Origin: Pseudomonadota bacterium
GTDB taxonomy: Bacteria > Bdellovibrionota_G > JALEGL01 > DATDPG01
Length of the DNA stretch: 64,000 nt
Direction: 5' to 3'
NCBI GenBank assembly: GCA_043809315.1
Contig: JAZDDX010000015.1
Coordinates: 1 to 64,000, forward strand
The notes beneath the pieces are model-generated. The model saw only the letters and a list, made by a program, of their open reading frames with translations, made no database searches and had not been told where the DNA came from. The translations under genes were made by a program, and so were the position numbers. Of this stretch, positions 48,500-59,081 are shown piece after piece (position 1 is the first letter of the stretch; each line of letters opens with the position of its first letter).

Positions 48500-49216
48500 G
48501 TGACGAACCGATCAAGCGAAATCGTAAAGATCGCCGCGCCGCACTCTCTGACGGGTGGTCTCCGGGTGGCGGTGCGTGATGACGCCGGAAAGGATCTTCC
48601 TTGGCACGGCCCGATCGTGGATGGCGAGGAGGAACAGATCCAACTCGCTCCCGGGCAAAGCGCCGAGTCGGATCAGTTGGCACTGGAATATGATCATGGA
48701 AACGATGTTTCCTGCGGCAACATGGAATTCCTGGTCGGAACGTACGATGCACAGGTCTACCTGAGTGGAATCGATTCAAACACCGTTCGCTTCTCGGTCA
48801 TCCCGGTCCCAGCTTCCGAGAAGAAAGCGTACGAAGCGCTTCACACACATCACCAGTCCAAGTTAACGCGGGTGGAGTTGGAGGCGGAGATCGCCGATTA
48901 CGAGAAGAGCATCTTTCTGCCCAATCTAATGTTGGAGTACTGGTCTCGTCTCCATGTTCTCGGCACGACCGAGGGAGAACGGCAGACTCTTCAGCTCTCA
49001 TCGCGCTGGTATCTGACGACGTTCCCGGATCATCCGTTCTGCGAAACCGCGTTTCACTATTACACGGACGCAGTCGAGGAAAAGTTGAACCCGGATCGGA
49101 AGACCAGGATTACAAAAGCGCTGATCGCCCCGTACTTCGAGAGGATGTCGCGGGAAGTCCCGGGGCATTTCGCCGCCAAGCTGGCCGAGAAGGAACTCCT
49201 CAAGTACCCGGACTGA
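48500..49216 (+). CDS. Hypothetical protein, possibly 5'-truncated
   Basis: 238-codon ORF with beta-rich N-terminus and helical C-terminus; no SD or signal peptide; in-frame TGA at 48434. Confidence 0.5.
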   Translation: MTNRSSEIVKIAAPHSLTGGLRVAVRDDAGKDLPWHGPIVDGEEEQIQLAPGQSAESDQLALEYDHGNDVSCGNMEFLVGTYDAQVYLSGIDSNTVRFSVIPVPASEKKAYEALHTHHQSKLTRVELEAEIADYEKSIFLPNLMLEYWSRLHVLGTTEGERQTLQLSSRWYLTTFPDHPFCETAFHYYTDAVEEKLNPDRKTRITKALIAPYFERMSREVPGHFAAKLAEKELLKYPD

Positions 49217-49396
49217 TCCGGGTTAGAAATAGTCGTCATTCCAGGGGGTTGTGGCGTTAGCCGGATTCTCGGAAGTTAACGTACGTTAACCTCCCAGGGC
49301 AGAGTTAACGATTCCCAATCTAAGAGGAGAAAGGGTCTTGTCGATTGCAACGCAATGCGGTATGAGCGTTCTCGTTCAAAGGAATCGGAGGAACTG

Positions 49397-49996
49397 ATGT
49401 CAATGGTGAAAAGAATCGCACCCCTCGCAGTTTGGTTGGTCCCGATCGGAGCCAGTCTTGCCGACGGCGGTTCCGTAACGATCAAGCCATATGTGTCGGC
49501 CGCCACGAGGGGCGCAAATATGCAAGGCGTCCACACGTGCCAACGCGTGGAGGTCTGCAGTCCGGCCGAGCTCGGCGCGGACGAGAAGAATGTCTATGTG
49601 ATCTACTTCGGCTCGCCGGAGTCTCAATTCACGGATGGAATCGTGCTGAGGGAAAAAAAGAACGGAAAGCTTGAGGCCACAAACCTCGCTCGAGGGAAGG
49701 ACAATGTTTTTGAAGGTGTGTTTACGTGTGTTTGCAAGAACAGACCTAAGGTGAACGAGATCATCGGGGGGCAACAGATCGTCTCAGAGTGCGTTACAGA
49801 GAACTGCGATGGTTGGAGGATTAAGACCGTGATCGAAGTAAGAGAAGGGCTTATCACCGCCGTTCAAAATGAGGTGAAATCGTTTTCTAAGTATGACAAA
49901 GCCATTTGCTACACGAAAGAGCCCGAGCCCATGGTCCGCCCCAGCTGGGGGATGACCTCATGCCCCGCGTATCGGCTTGAGGACTACCTGGACTGA
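49397..49996 (+). CDS. Secreted Cys-rich hypothetical protein
   Basis: SD GGAGGA; signal-like N-terminus ending SLA; 8 Cys. Confidence 0.7.
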   Translation: MSMVKRIAPLAVWLVPIGASLADGGSVTIKPYVSAATRGANMQGVHTCQRVEVCSPAELGADEKNVYVIYFGSPESQFTDGIVLREKKNGKLEATNLARGKDNVFEGVFTCVCKNRPKVNEIIGGQQIVSECVTENCDGWRIKTVIEVREGLITAVQNEVKSFSKYDKAICYTKEPEPMVRPSWGMTSCPAYRLEDYLD

Positions 49997-50007
49997 CCGG
50001 AGTCTGA

Positions 50008-51943
<1,936 letters not shown>

Positions 51944-51987
51944 CCCGGCCCCGGGACGTCTAGCGAAGAAGGACGGGGAACGGTCGC

Positions 51988-52848
51988 TTAGGGAGTTGCT
52001 TTCCGGACTTTGCGGACCCGATCGAGTTCCTGGTGTCTCCGGGTCAATTCCTCGGTGGAAAGCACCAAACCGCCTTCGGCGACGGTAAGCGTTTTCCAAG
52101 CCGGGGCAAAAAATTCACCGACCCACAGATCGGGATCGATGCCATCCTGATGTGTGTCATAAACCTCGGCGAAAAGCTGGAGCCTCACATCAAAACTCTT
52201 CGGAAGATTCCGGACCGCTCCGGGGGTTTGTTCCGTCGGGAACTGAAGATCGTCAAGGAAGACGTTGATCTGTCCTTGGAGAGTGAGGAGAACAGAGGTG
52301 TCACAGTTGTCTGCATCATCGGACGACTGATCGGAGCTCCAATTCTGATCGGCATTGACCTTCCGACACACCGTAACCGCCGAGACCGTCGGAATTTCCC
52401 GGAACGGGGGCAGGGCGCGGTTGACGACCGCCGCGGTCTGCTGATTCGGATCGGAGAATAAGCTCACCGCTTCCGGTTCCGGGCGGTTCATGATCACGTA
52501 ATCTCGCTTCGGTCTTGCTACAAGCTGGTTTCCCCCGCGCACGTGAATCATGATCTGATCGGATCCATCGACTTGAATAAGCTGTCGATCGACCTGGAAA
52601 GCTCTTGCCCCCAGATAGTTGATCAGGAACCGGTCGAGGTTGTCGCGCATCTCGTAATGCAACTTCACTTCGAACAGCGCGAGCCGGCCCGTTTCCAGAT
52701 CTTCACGAGGGCGTGAGATCTTCGTCGCTTCGAGCTTGTAAATGTGGGTCCAGCTGGGGACGGGTGGAGTTCTTCCCTGTCCGTTTCCCGTGGCCGGCAG
52801 AGATAGGACGACAATTGTCGCTGCAATCCAAGAGGCAAAGATCTTCAC
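51988..52848 (-). CDS. Secreted hypothetical protein
   Basis: GTG start with GGGAG SD; signal-like KIFASWIAATIVVLSLPATGNG. The longer ORF-track extension is antisense to the SDR. Confidence 0.7.
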   Translation of the reverse strand: MKIFASWIAATIVVLSLPATGNGQGRTPPVPSWTHIYKLEATKISRPREDLETGRLALFEVKLHYEMRDNLDRFLINYLGARAFQVDRQLIQVDGSDQIMIHVRGGNQLVARPKRDYVIMNRPEPEAVSLFSDPNQQTAAVVNRALPPFREIPTVSAVTVCRKVNADQNWSSDQSSDDADNCDTSVLLTLQGQINVFLDDLQFPTEQTPGAVRNLPKSFDVRLQLFAEVYDTHQDGIDPDLWVGEFFAPAWKTLTVAEGGLVLSTEELTRRHQELDRVRKVRKATP

Positions 52849-52953
52849 AAAGACTCCCTTCGCATGTGGGGCGTCGTATAACGCAAACAATGACGCGTTG
52901 CAAGGGGTTAGATTCGGTTTGCACCGGAGGGGAGGGGACGTAAGATTCCGCCG

Positions 52954-53736
52954 ATGAAATCTCTGAAAGGCAGGATAGCGATCGTGACCGGGGCTTCGAG
53001 CGGCTTTGGGGAGGCGATTGCGAAGCTTTTCGCGAAAGAGGGTGCGAATCTGGCGATCGGGGCGCGGCGGCGGGATCGCGTCGAACGGCTCGCGAAGGAG
53101 CTCGAAGCGGAGCACGGGACGAAGGTGTTCTTCTCGGACCTGGACGTTCGCGATCGGGCCAGCGTCAACTACTTCGTCGGCGGGACGCTCAAGGCGTTCG
53201 ACAAAAGGATCGACATTCTCGTCAACAACGCCGGCCTGGCGGCCGGCAGACACCCTGTTGCGGAAGCCCTGGAGGCGGATTGGGTCGAGATGATGGAGAC
53301 CAACTTCCTCGGGATGTTTCACATGACCCAGGCGGTGCTGCCGACGATGACGTCACAGAAGAGCGGCCACATCGTGAACATAGGGTCGATCGCCGGGCAG
53401 CTCGCGTACGACGGGGGGGCGGGGTATTGCGGCAGCAAATTCGCCGTCACGGCCTTTTCCCGTTCGCTCCGGCTCGAGACGATCGAGGCGGGGATCAAGG
53501 TGAGCCTGATCGAACCGGGGCTGGCGGAGACGGAATTCAGCCTCGTCCGGTTCAAAGGGGACGAGGCCGCCGCGAAGAAGGTGTACGAAGGGATGACGCC
53601 GCTCACCGCGGAGGACGTGGCGGATGCCGTCCTTTATGTGGTCACGCGCCCCGCTCACGTGGTGATCGAGGAGCTTCTTCTTACCCCCCAAGCGCAAGGG
53701 GGCGTTCATAAGGTCCACCGCCGGTCGGAACGTTGA
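52954..53736 (+). CDS. SDR family NAD(P)-dependent oxidoreductase (YdfG-like)
   Basis: TGASSGFG, NNAG, YCGSK, PGLAETEFSLVRF. Confidence 0.95.
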   Translation: MKSLKGRIAIVTGASSGFGEAIAKLFAKEGANLAIGARRRDRVERLAKELEAEHGTKVFFSDLDVRDRASVNYFVGGTLKAFDKRIDILVNNAGLAAGRHPVAEALEADWVEMMETNFLGMFHMTQAVLPTMTSQKSGHIVNIGSIAGQLAYDGGAGYCGSKFAVTAFSRSLRLETIEAGIKVSLIEPGLAETEFSLVRFKGDEAAAKKVYEGMTPLTAEDVADAVLYVVTRPAHVVIEELLLTPQAQGGVHKVHRRSER

Positions 53737-55382
53737 TCGACCGGATTCGAAAACCGTATTGGACACTGGCCGCGTTTCTTTTCGGCGCGTTCCTTCTCTA
53801 CGGCAACACGCTTCGGAACCCTTTTCTGAATCACGATGACTGGTGGATCGTTCACGCCGGGAAGATGCGGGAATGGCTCACCCCGCACGGTCTTCTCCGG
53901 CTCGTGTTCGACCTCTCCTGGACCGCGAGGATGGAACATGGCGCGGAGTATCTGCCGCTTCGGGATCTCGTCACGGCGATCGAAAACCTCCTCTTCGGGA
54001 ACTCGCCGGTCGGGTATCACGTCGTTCAAATCCTCTTGTTCGGTCTCTCCTGCTGGCTTCTCTTCCGTCTGATCGAAACGTTGGGGGGCGGGATCCGAAC
54101 GGCTTGGATCGCGGCGTTGCTGTTTCTGGCTCACCCGATCCATGTGGAGTCGGTCGCCTGGCTCTCGGGGCAGAAAGATCTCTTAAGTCTCCTGTTTCTC
54201 CTGGCCCTGTTCTTGGCCTACGCACGGGGACGAATCTGGCTTTCTTTGATCTTCTTTTGCCTCGCGCTGACATCCAAGTATCAGGTCCTGGTTGCTCCTC
54301 TCTTGCTTCCCTTCATCGACCTTTCTCTCTCGCGGCAGGTCAGTGGGAAACGACTTGCTCCGTTCGTTGGGTTGGCTCTCGGCTCGTTCGTCGTCGCGAG
54401 TCTCGTCGGAGAGACGGTCAACTACGGGCATATCCGACTCGGCTCGAGTGCCTGGGCGGTCGTTCGGAATCTGCCGGTGGTTTTCGAAATTTCAATCCGG
54501 CGCCTGCTCGTTCCGACCGGTCTCCAGATCTATTATCCGTACGAACCGGCCGGCGGCTGGTTCGATTTTCGTGCGTGGGGTGGGATTCTCTTCTTTGCCC
54601 TTGGTACATCTCTTCTGATCCGGTTCCGGCGGAGCGCGCTCTCTGCCTTCGCCGCAACTCTGATCCTGGCTGGGTTGGCTCCCATGTTTCGTGCGCCGGA
54701 GATGCATTTCCTGGCAGATCGGTATCTTCTGATCCCGTCGATCGGAACGGCGATTCTCCTTGGAACCTGGCTCAGCAAAATATCACGGCGGAATTGGTTG
54801 TGGGGAGGGTCGGGGGCACTCCTTTTGACGTATTCGGTGCTTACGGTTTTGCAGAATCAGGTCTGGCGGGATAGCCGCACGCTCTGGGAACATGCCGCGT
54901 ACGGGGAGAGGCCGGTTCACAAGATGGTCTGGCGGAACGTGGCGGTCGTGGCGCGGGACGACGGGGATTGGCAACGCTCGGCGGAGGGGTACCGGAACCT
55001 GCTCTCGATCTTGCCGCCACGCGATCCGTCGCGGGCGGATGCGCTCACCAATCTCGGGTTCGTGGAAATTCAAAGAGGGAATCCAAGAGAGGCGGAAGGA
55101 CCCCTTCGAAATGCCACGGAGCTGGATCCCAGATACACAAAAGGTTGGATGAACCTCGGTGTGGCACTGGCGATGCAGCGAAGGCTTGACGATGCACGAT
55201 CCGTTTTCGAGGTGGCGCATCAACTCGACCCCGCGAATCCGGAAATTCTTTTCAACCTGGGGAGGCTCGCCGCGGATCAGAAGCGGCGAAGGGACGTCGA
55301 AGATGTCGTTGCGAAACTCCGAAAGCTGGGGGTGGGCGATCCGCGGCTACGGATGCTCGATGGTTGGCTAGGGTCTAACTAG
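53733..55382 (+). CDS. TMTC-like membrane glycosyltransferase with C-terminal TPRs
   Basis: F..DD, Y.PL, HPIHVESVAW, ADRYL.IP, Q..VWRDS..LW, TPRs. Confidence 0.85.
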   Translation: MIDRIRKPYWTLAAFLFGAFLLYGNTLRNPFLNHDDWWIVHAGKMREWLTPHGLLRLVFDLSWTARMEHGAEYLPLRDLVTAIENLLFGNSPVGYHVVQILLFGLSCWLLFRLIETLGGGIRTAWIAALLFLAHPIHVESVAWLSGQKDLLSLLFLLALFLAYARGRIWLSLIFFCLALTSKYQVLVAPLLLPFIDLSLSRQVSGKRLAPFVGLALGSFVVASLVGETVNYGHIRLGSSAWAVVRNLPVVFEISIRRLLVPTGLQIYYPYEPAGGWFDFRAWGGILFFALGTSLLIRFRRSALSAFAATLILAGLAPMFRAPEMHFLADRYLLIPSIGTAILLGTWLSKISRRNWLWGGSGALLLTYSVLTVLQNQVWRDSRTLWEHAAYGERPVHKMVWRNVAVVARDDGDWQRSAEGYRNLLSILPPRDPSRADALTNLGFVEIQRGNPREAEGPLRNATELDPRYTKGWMNLGVALAMQRRLDDARSVFEVAHQLDPANPEILFNLGRLAADQKRRRDVEDVVAKLRKLGVGDPRLRMLDGWLGSN

Positions 55383-55413
55383 CTGTATTTACGCTTTAGT
55401 ATCAAGTATAAAT

Positions 55414-55435
55414 ATATCACAAAACATGATATGTT
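55414..55435 (+). promoter_or_regulatory. Inverted repeat overlapping an extended -10
   Basis: ATATCA-N7-TGATAT; TGATATGTT 6 nt before GTG 55442. Confidence 0.5.
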
Positions 55436-55441
55436 TATATT

Positions 55442-56215
55442 GTGTTCGAGACCCTGTTAACGGCGTCCCAGCGGCGACTGTTACCTCTTCTGATGAGGTC
55501 GGACCGGTCGTTTTCTGTATTTGATCTCGCGAAGCTCGCGGGAATGCCGTACTCGAGCACTCATTCGACTCTTCGTTCTCTCCGAAAGGCCGGCCTGGTT
55601 GTTGCGCAAGCGCACAGCAAACGACAACTTCACCGACTGAATCGATCGGAAGTCGAAGTTCAGGCCGTCCTGGGATTCCTTGAGGATGAGCTTCGCGCTC
55701 ACGAGAAGCTTCCTAGGCCGGAGGTGGAAAATGTCACGACAGAGGAGGTCCGTTGGAATCTCGCCGGCCTGGGGGCGCCCCTTTTTGTCTCAGAGGAATC
55801 TAAGAGAGAACTCTCCGTCGAACAAACGGTTGCTTTGGCTTTGAGCTTGGCTCGAAAGGATCCGACCGTCGCACGAACCTTACCGCTAGCTTTTGCCAAA
55901 TCATTTTCACGAATGGACTATCCAGTTCTTCGATATCTGGCGAAAGAGGCGGGGGAGCTGCAAACGCTAGGTTTTTTCTTGGATCTGACCGGCACGCTGG
56001 CCGGGAGAAAAAGTCTCAAGAAGGCCGCGCAAGAACTCATCGATCGACGCGTGAAATATTCAGAACCGTTCTTTCGAAACGGATCTCCCAACAAATACGT
56101 GGCCGCGTTGGCCGATCGGCGGACACCTCCGCTGGCTCGTAAGTGGCATTTCACCATGAACATGGATATGGACGATTTTAGAACGTTCTTCCGGAAATTC
56201 GATCGTGACCATTAA
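55442..56215 (+). CDS. Winged-HTH protein with helical C-terminal domain (AbiEi-like antitoxin layout)
   Basis: SVFDLAKLAGMPYSSTHSTLRSLRKAGLV wHTH; C-terminal LGFFLDL..LARKWHFTMN. Confidence 0.7.
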   Translation: MFETLLTASQRRLLPLLMRSDRSFSVFDLAKLAGMPYSSTHSTLRSLRKAGLVVAQAHSKRQLHRLNRSEVEVQAVLGFLEDELRAHEKLPRPEVENVTTEEVRWNLAGLGAPLFVSEESKRELSVEQTVALALSLARKDPTVARTLPLAFAKSFSRMDYPVLRYLAKEAGELQTLGFFLDLTGTLAGRKSLKKAAQELIDRRVKYSEPFFRNGSPNKYVAALADRRTPPLARKWHFTMNMDMDDFRTFFRKFDRDH

Positions 56216-57212
56216 GCGATACAATCGTGGTGACACATCCGAAATGGGGCCATGGAAACGGTTGGGCGCGGTGCGGTGGGAGGGGTGGTTTCGGCCACTT
56301 CTCGCATACCGGGGTGAGAACCCGGATCGTTGGCCTGTTTGGGGTACGGAATTTCCTTCTGGGACGTATCTGGGGCATTGGTGCGCCCATCAACGACGTC
56401 AGGAGGCCCGGGGCATTCTTTATTTGGATCGGAAACGTCGACTTCTCAAAATTGGTTTTCCTTTGGAGCAACCAAGGCTCGATTGGGAAGAATTGTGCCG
56501 ACGGTTACGCACCCTTTTTCAAAAGAACCACAAATCTTCGCAAAAGCGAACGCCCCACAATGCTGAGGAATTGGCGCTTGCCATGTGGTGGTTAAGAGCT
56601 CAAAAGAGGGGTGCATCGTTCAAGAACGGGCGACCGTCCGACCGGCAGAAGCAATACGGGAGGCTCCTTCGTGACATCCCTCAGAGCTATCGCCACCAGA
56701 GATGGCTGATACGGTTCATTGAGCTCTGTGAATATCGAGTGCGACATTATCATTCCTGGCCGAGTCAAAAAAAAGAACGCGGCCTGAATCGCGGCTTGGC
56801 AATCTGGTGTATGAACCAAAGGTACCGGTATTCGCCCGGCAAAATGAGTGTCGAGCGGACCACCCTGCTGAATGAATTGGGCTTTCCGTGGAGAATAACG
56901 GAAACGATGGATCAGAGGCAGGTGAAGCATCTCAAGCGGTTTCGTGCATTACACCCGAAACAGTGGCCATCCGAAGAAACGTTCTTCCCGACCCGAAATC
57001 CCTTGGGACGTTGGTGCAAGAATCAATGCAGGAATCTCGAGCGGGGGACCATCGCTCCGGACGTAAAATCGCAACTCGACGAGATTGTTTTCCCCTGGCG
57101 TGTAACGAAAACGCGGAAACGGCTGTTGCGGGGAAAATCCTACGTCCAGCGTGCTTACGAAGTACTGGCAATCAATGAAACGGTCGGGCGGCCCGCTCCC
57201 AAGTTTCCCTAG
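56205..57212 (+). CDS. Stand-alone helicase-associated (HA) repeat protein
   Basis: Repeats of L..YR....WP....LG.WC..QR....G.L...R...L..IGFPW; no helicase motifs. Confidence 0.8.
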   Translation: MTIKRYNRGDTSEMGPWKRLGAVRWEGWFRPLLAYRGENPDRWPVWGTEFPSGTYLGHWCAHQRRQEARGILYLDRKRRLLKIGFPLEQPRLDWEELCRRLRTLFQKNHKSSQKRTPHNAEELALAMWWLRAQKRGASFKNGRPSDRQKQYGRLLRDIPQSYRHQRWLIRFIELCEYRVRHYHSWPSQKKERGLNRGLAIWCMNQRYRYSPGKMSVERTTLLNELGFPWRITETMDQRQVKHLKRFRALHPKQWPSEETFFPTRNPLGRWCKNQCRNLERGTIAPDVKSQLDEIVFPWRVTKTRKRLLRGKSYVQRAYEVLAINETVGRPAPKFP

Positions 57213-57275
57213 CCATCTTTCGGAGGTTCCGGACAAATTGACACTTAGGGACCCGTGTTTCATGTTGGAGATCGA

Positions 57276-59015
57276 ATGAAGCGCGCGTCCAATCTAATTG
57301 CAGCGGTCGGCCTGGCGGTTGGTCTCGCGATTCTAGCAGCGGGGTGCCAGAGACGGGGAGGGGAAGAAGCCAATCCGACGAAAACGTTAAATGCCGCATT
57401 GAACGCGGAGATCAAAGGGTTTGATCCCGCCCTGGCGAACGACATTTATACCTCGATTGCTCTCGAGCAGGTTTACGAGACGTTGCTCGATTACGATTAT
57501 TTGAAACGGCCCTTCGAACTGGAACCCCTCCTCGCATCAAAGATGCCGGAGATTTCGAAAGATGGTCTTACGTACACAGTCCACTTGCGCGATGACGTAT
57601 TCTTTCACGACGATCCGGTCTTTGGAGGAAGACCGCGGCGCCTGCTTGCTTCAGATGTTATATTCAGCTTGAAGCGGGTCGCCGATCCTCACCTTCAATC
57701 GCCCAACTGGTGGATGCTGGAGGGGCGAGTCCAGGGGCTGGATGCATTTCGAAAAGCGATTGAAAACACTCAAGGCGTCGGGGACTACGCGACCTTCCCG
57801 ATTTCCGGGATGACTGCGCCAGACGATCGAACGGTTGTGTTCCGTCTCACCAAGCCGTATCGCCAGTTTCTCTATGTTCTTGCTACGTCGACGACTATGG
57901 TCGTGGCGCCGGAGGTCGTTCGTGGGTACGGAATAGAGTTTCTCAATCATCCGGTGGGAACCGGACCCTTTGTCTTGAGGGATTGGGTTCGAGGTCAACG
58001 GATCCGCTTCGAGCGGAACGATCGGTACTGGGACAAACCCTATCCATTGCTGGATGGGGTTGTTTTGTGGACGTACATCGAGACGCAACCTCGTTGGCTG
58101 AATTTCCTGAAGGGGAATCTTGACTTCGTTGAAATCCCCAAAGAGGGGTTCGACCAGGTTTTCGACTCCAATTTCGGGCTCCGAGCAGAGATGAAGAGCA
58201 AACAGATAACGGTGGATCGTTCGGAGGAACCAATTCTTCTCTACGGCTTTTTTAACATGTCGGATCCGGTGATCGGGAAGAACCGATGGCTTCGAAAAGC
58301 GATTAGCGCGGCAGTTGATCGCGAAACGAAGATACGTCTTTTCTATAATGGGCGCGCCCTCGTTGCGAACGACCCGATCCCGCCGTCCATCTTCGGCCAT
58401 AACACGTCCGAACCGGATCCGAACGGCTTCAGCGTTGCCAAGGCCCGGGAATGGGCAATCAAAGCCAAGGAAGAGTATTCGAAAGCTCACGGCGGCAAGG
58501 AATTACCACCACTGAGTTTCGATGTGATCAATAACACAAGTTACAAGCAACAGGCGGATCTCCTTGCACAGAATCTGGCTGCCGTTGGTCTAAGAATGAA
58601 TATTCAAACCTACACGTTCGCCCAGATTAAACAGCGGATGAACAAGCTGGAAACTCAGTTTGCGATTCTGTCGTGGACGGCGGATTACCCGGACGCGGAA
58701 AACTTCTTGCAGCTCCTTTATGGACAAAACTGTTCCCCTGGAGCGAATCACGCCAATTTCAAGAACCCCAAGTACGACAAACTTTACGAGAAGATGAAGG
58801 ATCTACCGAACAGGGTAGAGCGCCAACGAATCATCAACGAAATGGTGAAGATCATCCATGAGGAGGTCCCGTGGGTGCTGATTCTTTATGAGGTCAATAC
58901 CCCTGCTCAACATGCCTGGTTGAAGAACTACAAACGTCACCCCCTGAGGGAAGGGGCGTTTAAGTTCCTGGATATCGACCTTGCCGAGAAGGACGAGGTT
59001 CATTCGAAGCTTTGA
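57276..59015 (+). CDS. ABC transporter substrate-binding lipoprotein, family 5 (oligopeptide-type)
   Basis: Lipobox AAGC; FDPA, PLLA..PEIS.DG.TY...LR....FHD, PVGTGPF, W.ADYPD.ENFL. Confidence 0.92.
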   Translation: MKRASNLIAAVGLAVGLAILAAGCQRRGGEEANPTKTLNAALNAEIKGFDPALANDIYTSIALEQVYETLLDYDYLKRPFELEPLLASKMPEISKDGLTYTVHLRDDVFFHDDPVFGGRPRRLLASDVIFSLKRVADPHLQSPNWWMLEGRVQGLDAFRKAIENTQGVGDYATFPISGMTAPDDRTVVFRLTKPYRQFLYVLATSTTMVVAPEVVRGYGIEFLNHPVGTGPFVLRDWVRGQRIRFERNDRYWDKPYPLLDGVVLWTYIETQPRWLNFLKGNLDFVEIPKEGFDQVFDSNFGLRAEMKSKQITVDRSEEPILLYGFFNMSDPVIGKNRWLRKAISAAVDRETKIRLFYNGRALVANDPIPPSIFGHNTSEPDPNGFSVAKAREWAIKAKEEYSKAHGGKELPPLSFDVINNTSYKQQADLLAQNLAAVGLRMNIQTYTFAQIKQRMNKLETQFAILSWTADYPDAENFLQLLYGQNCSPGANHANFKNPKYDKLYEKMKDLPNRVERQRIINEMVKIIHEEVPWVLILYEVNTPAQHAWLKNYKRHPLREGAFKFLDIDLAEKDEVHSKL

Positions 59016-59081
59016 CGGGGGCCGGCCTGACCCGTCTGGAAAAATAGACATTTTCTACCCCCTGTTCCATCTTCACGGACG

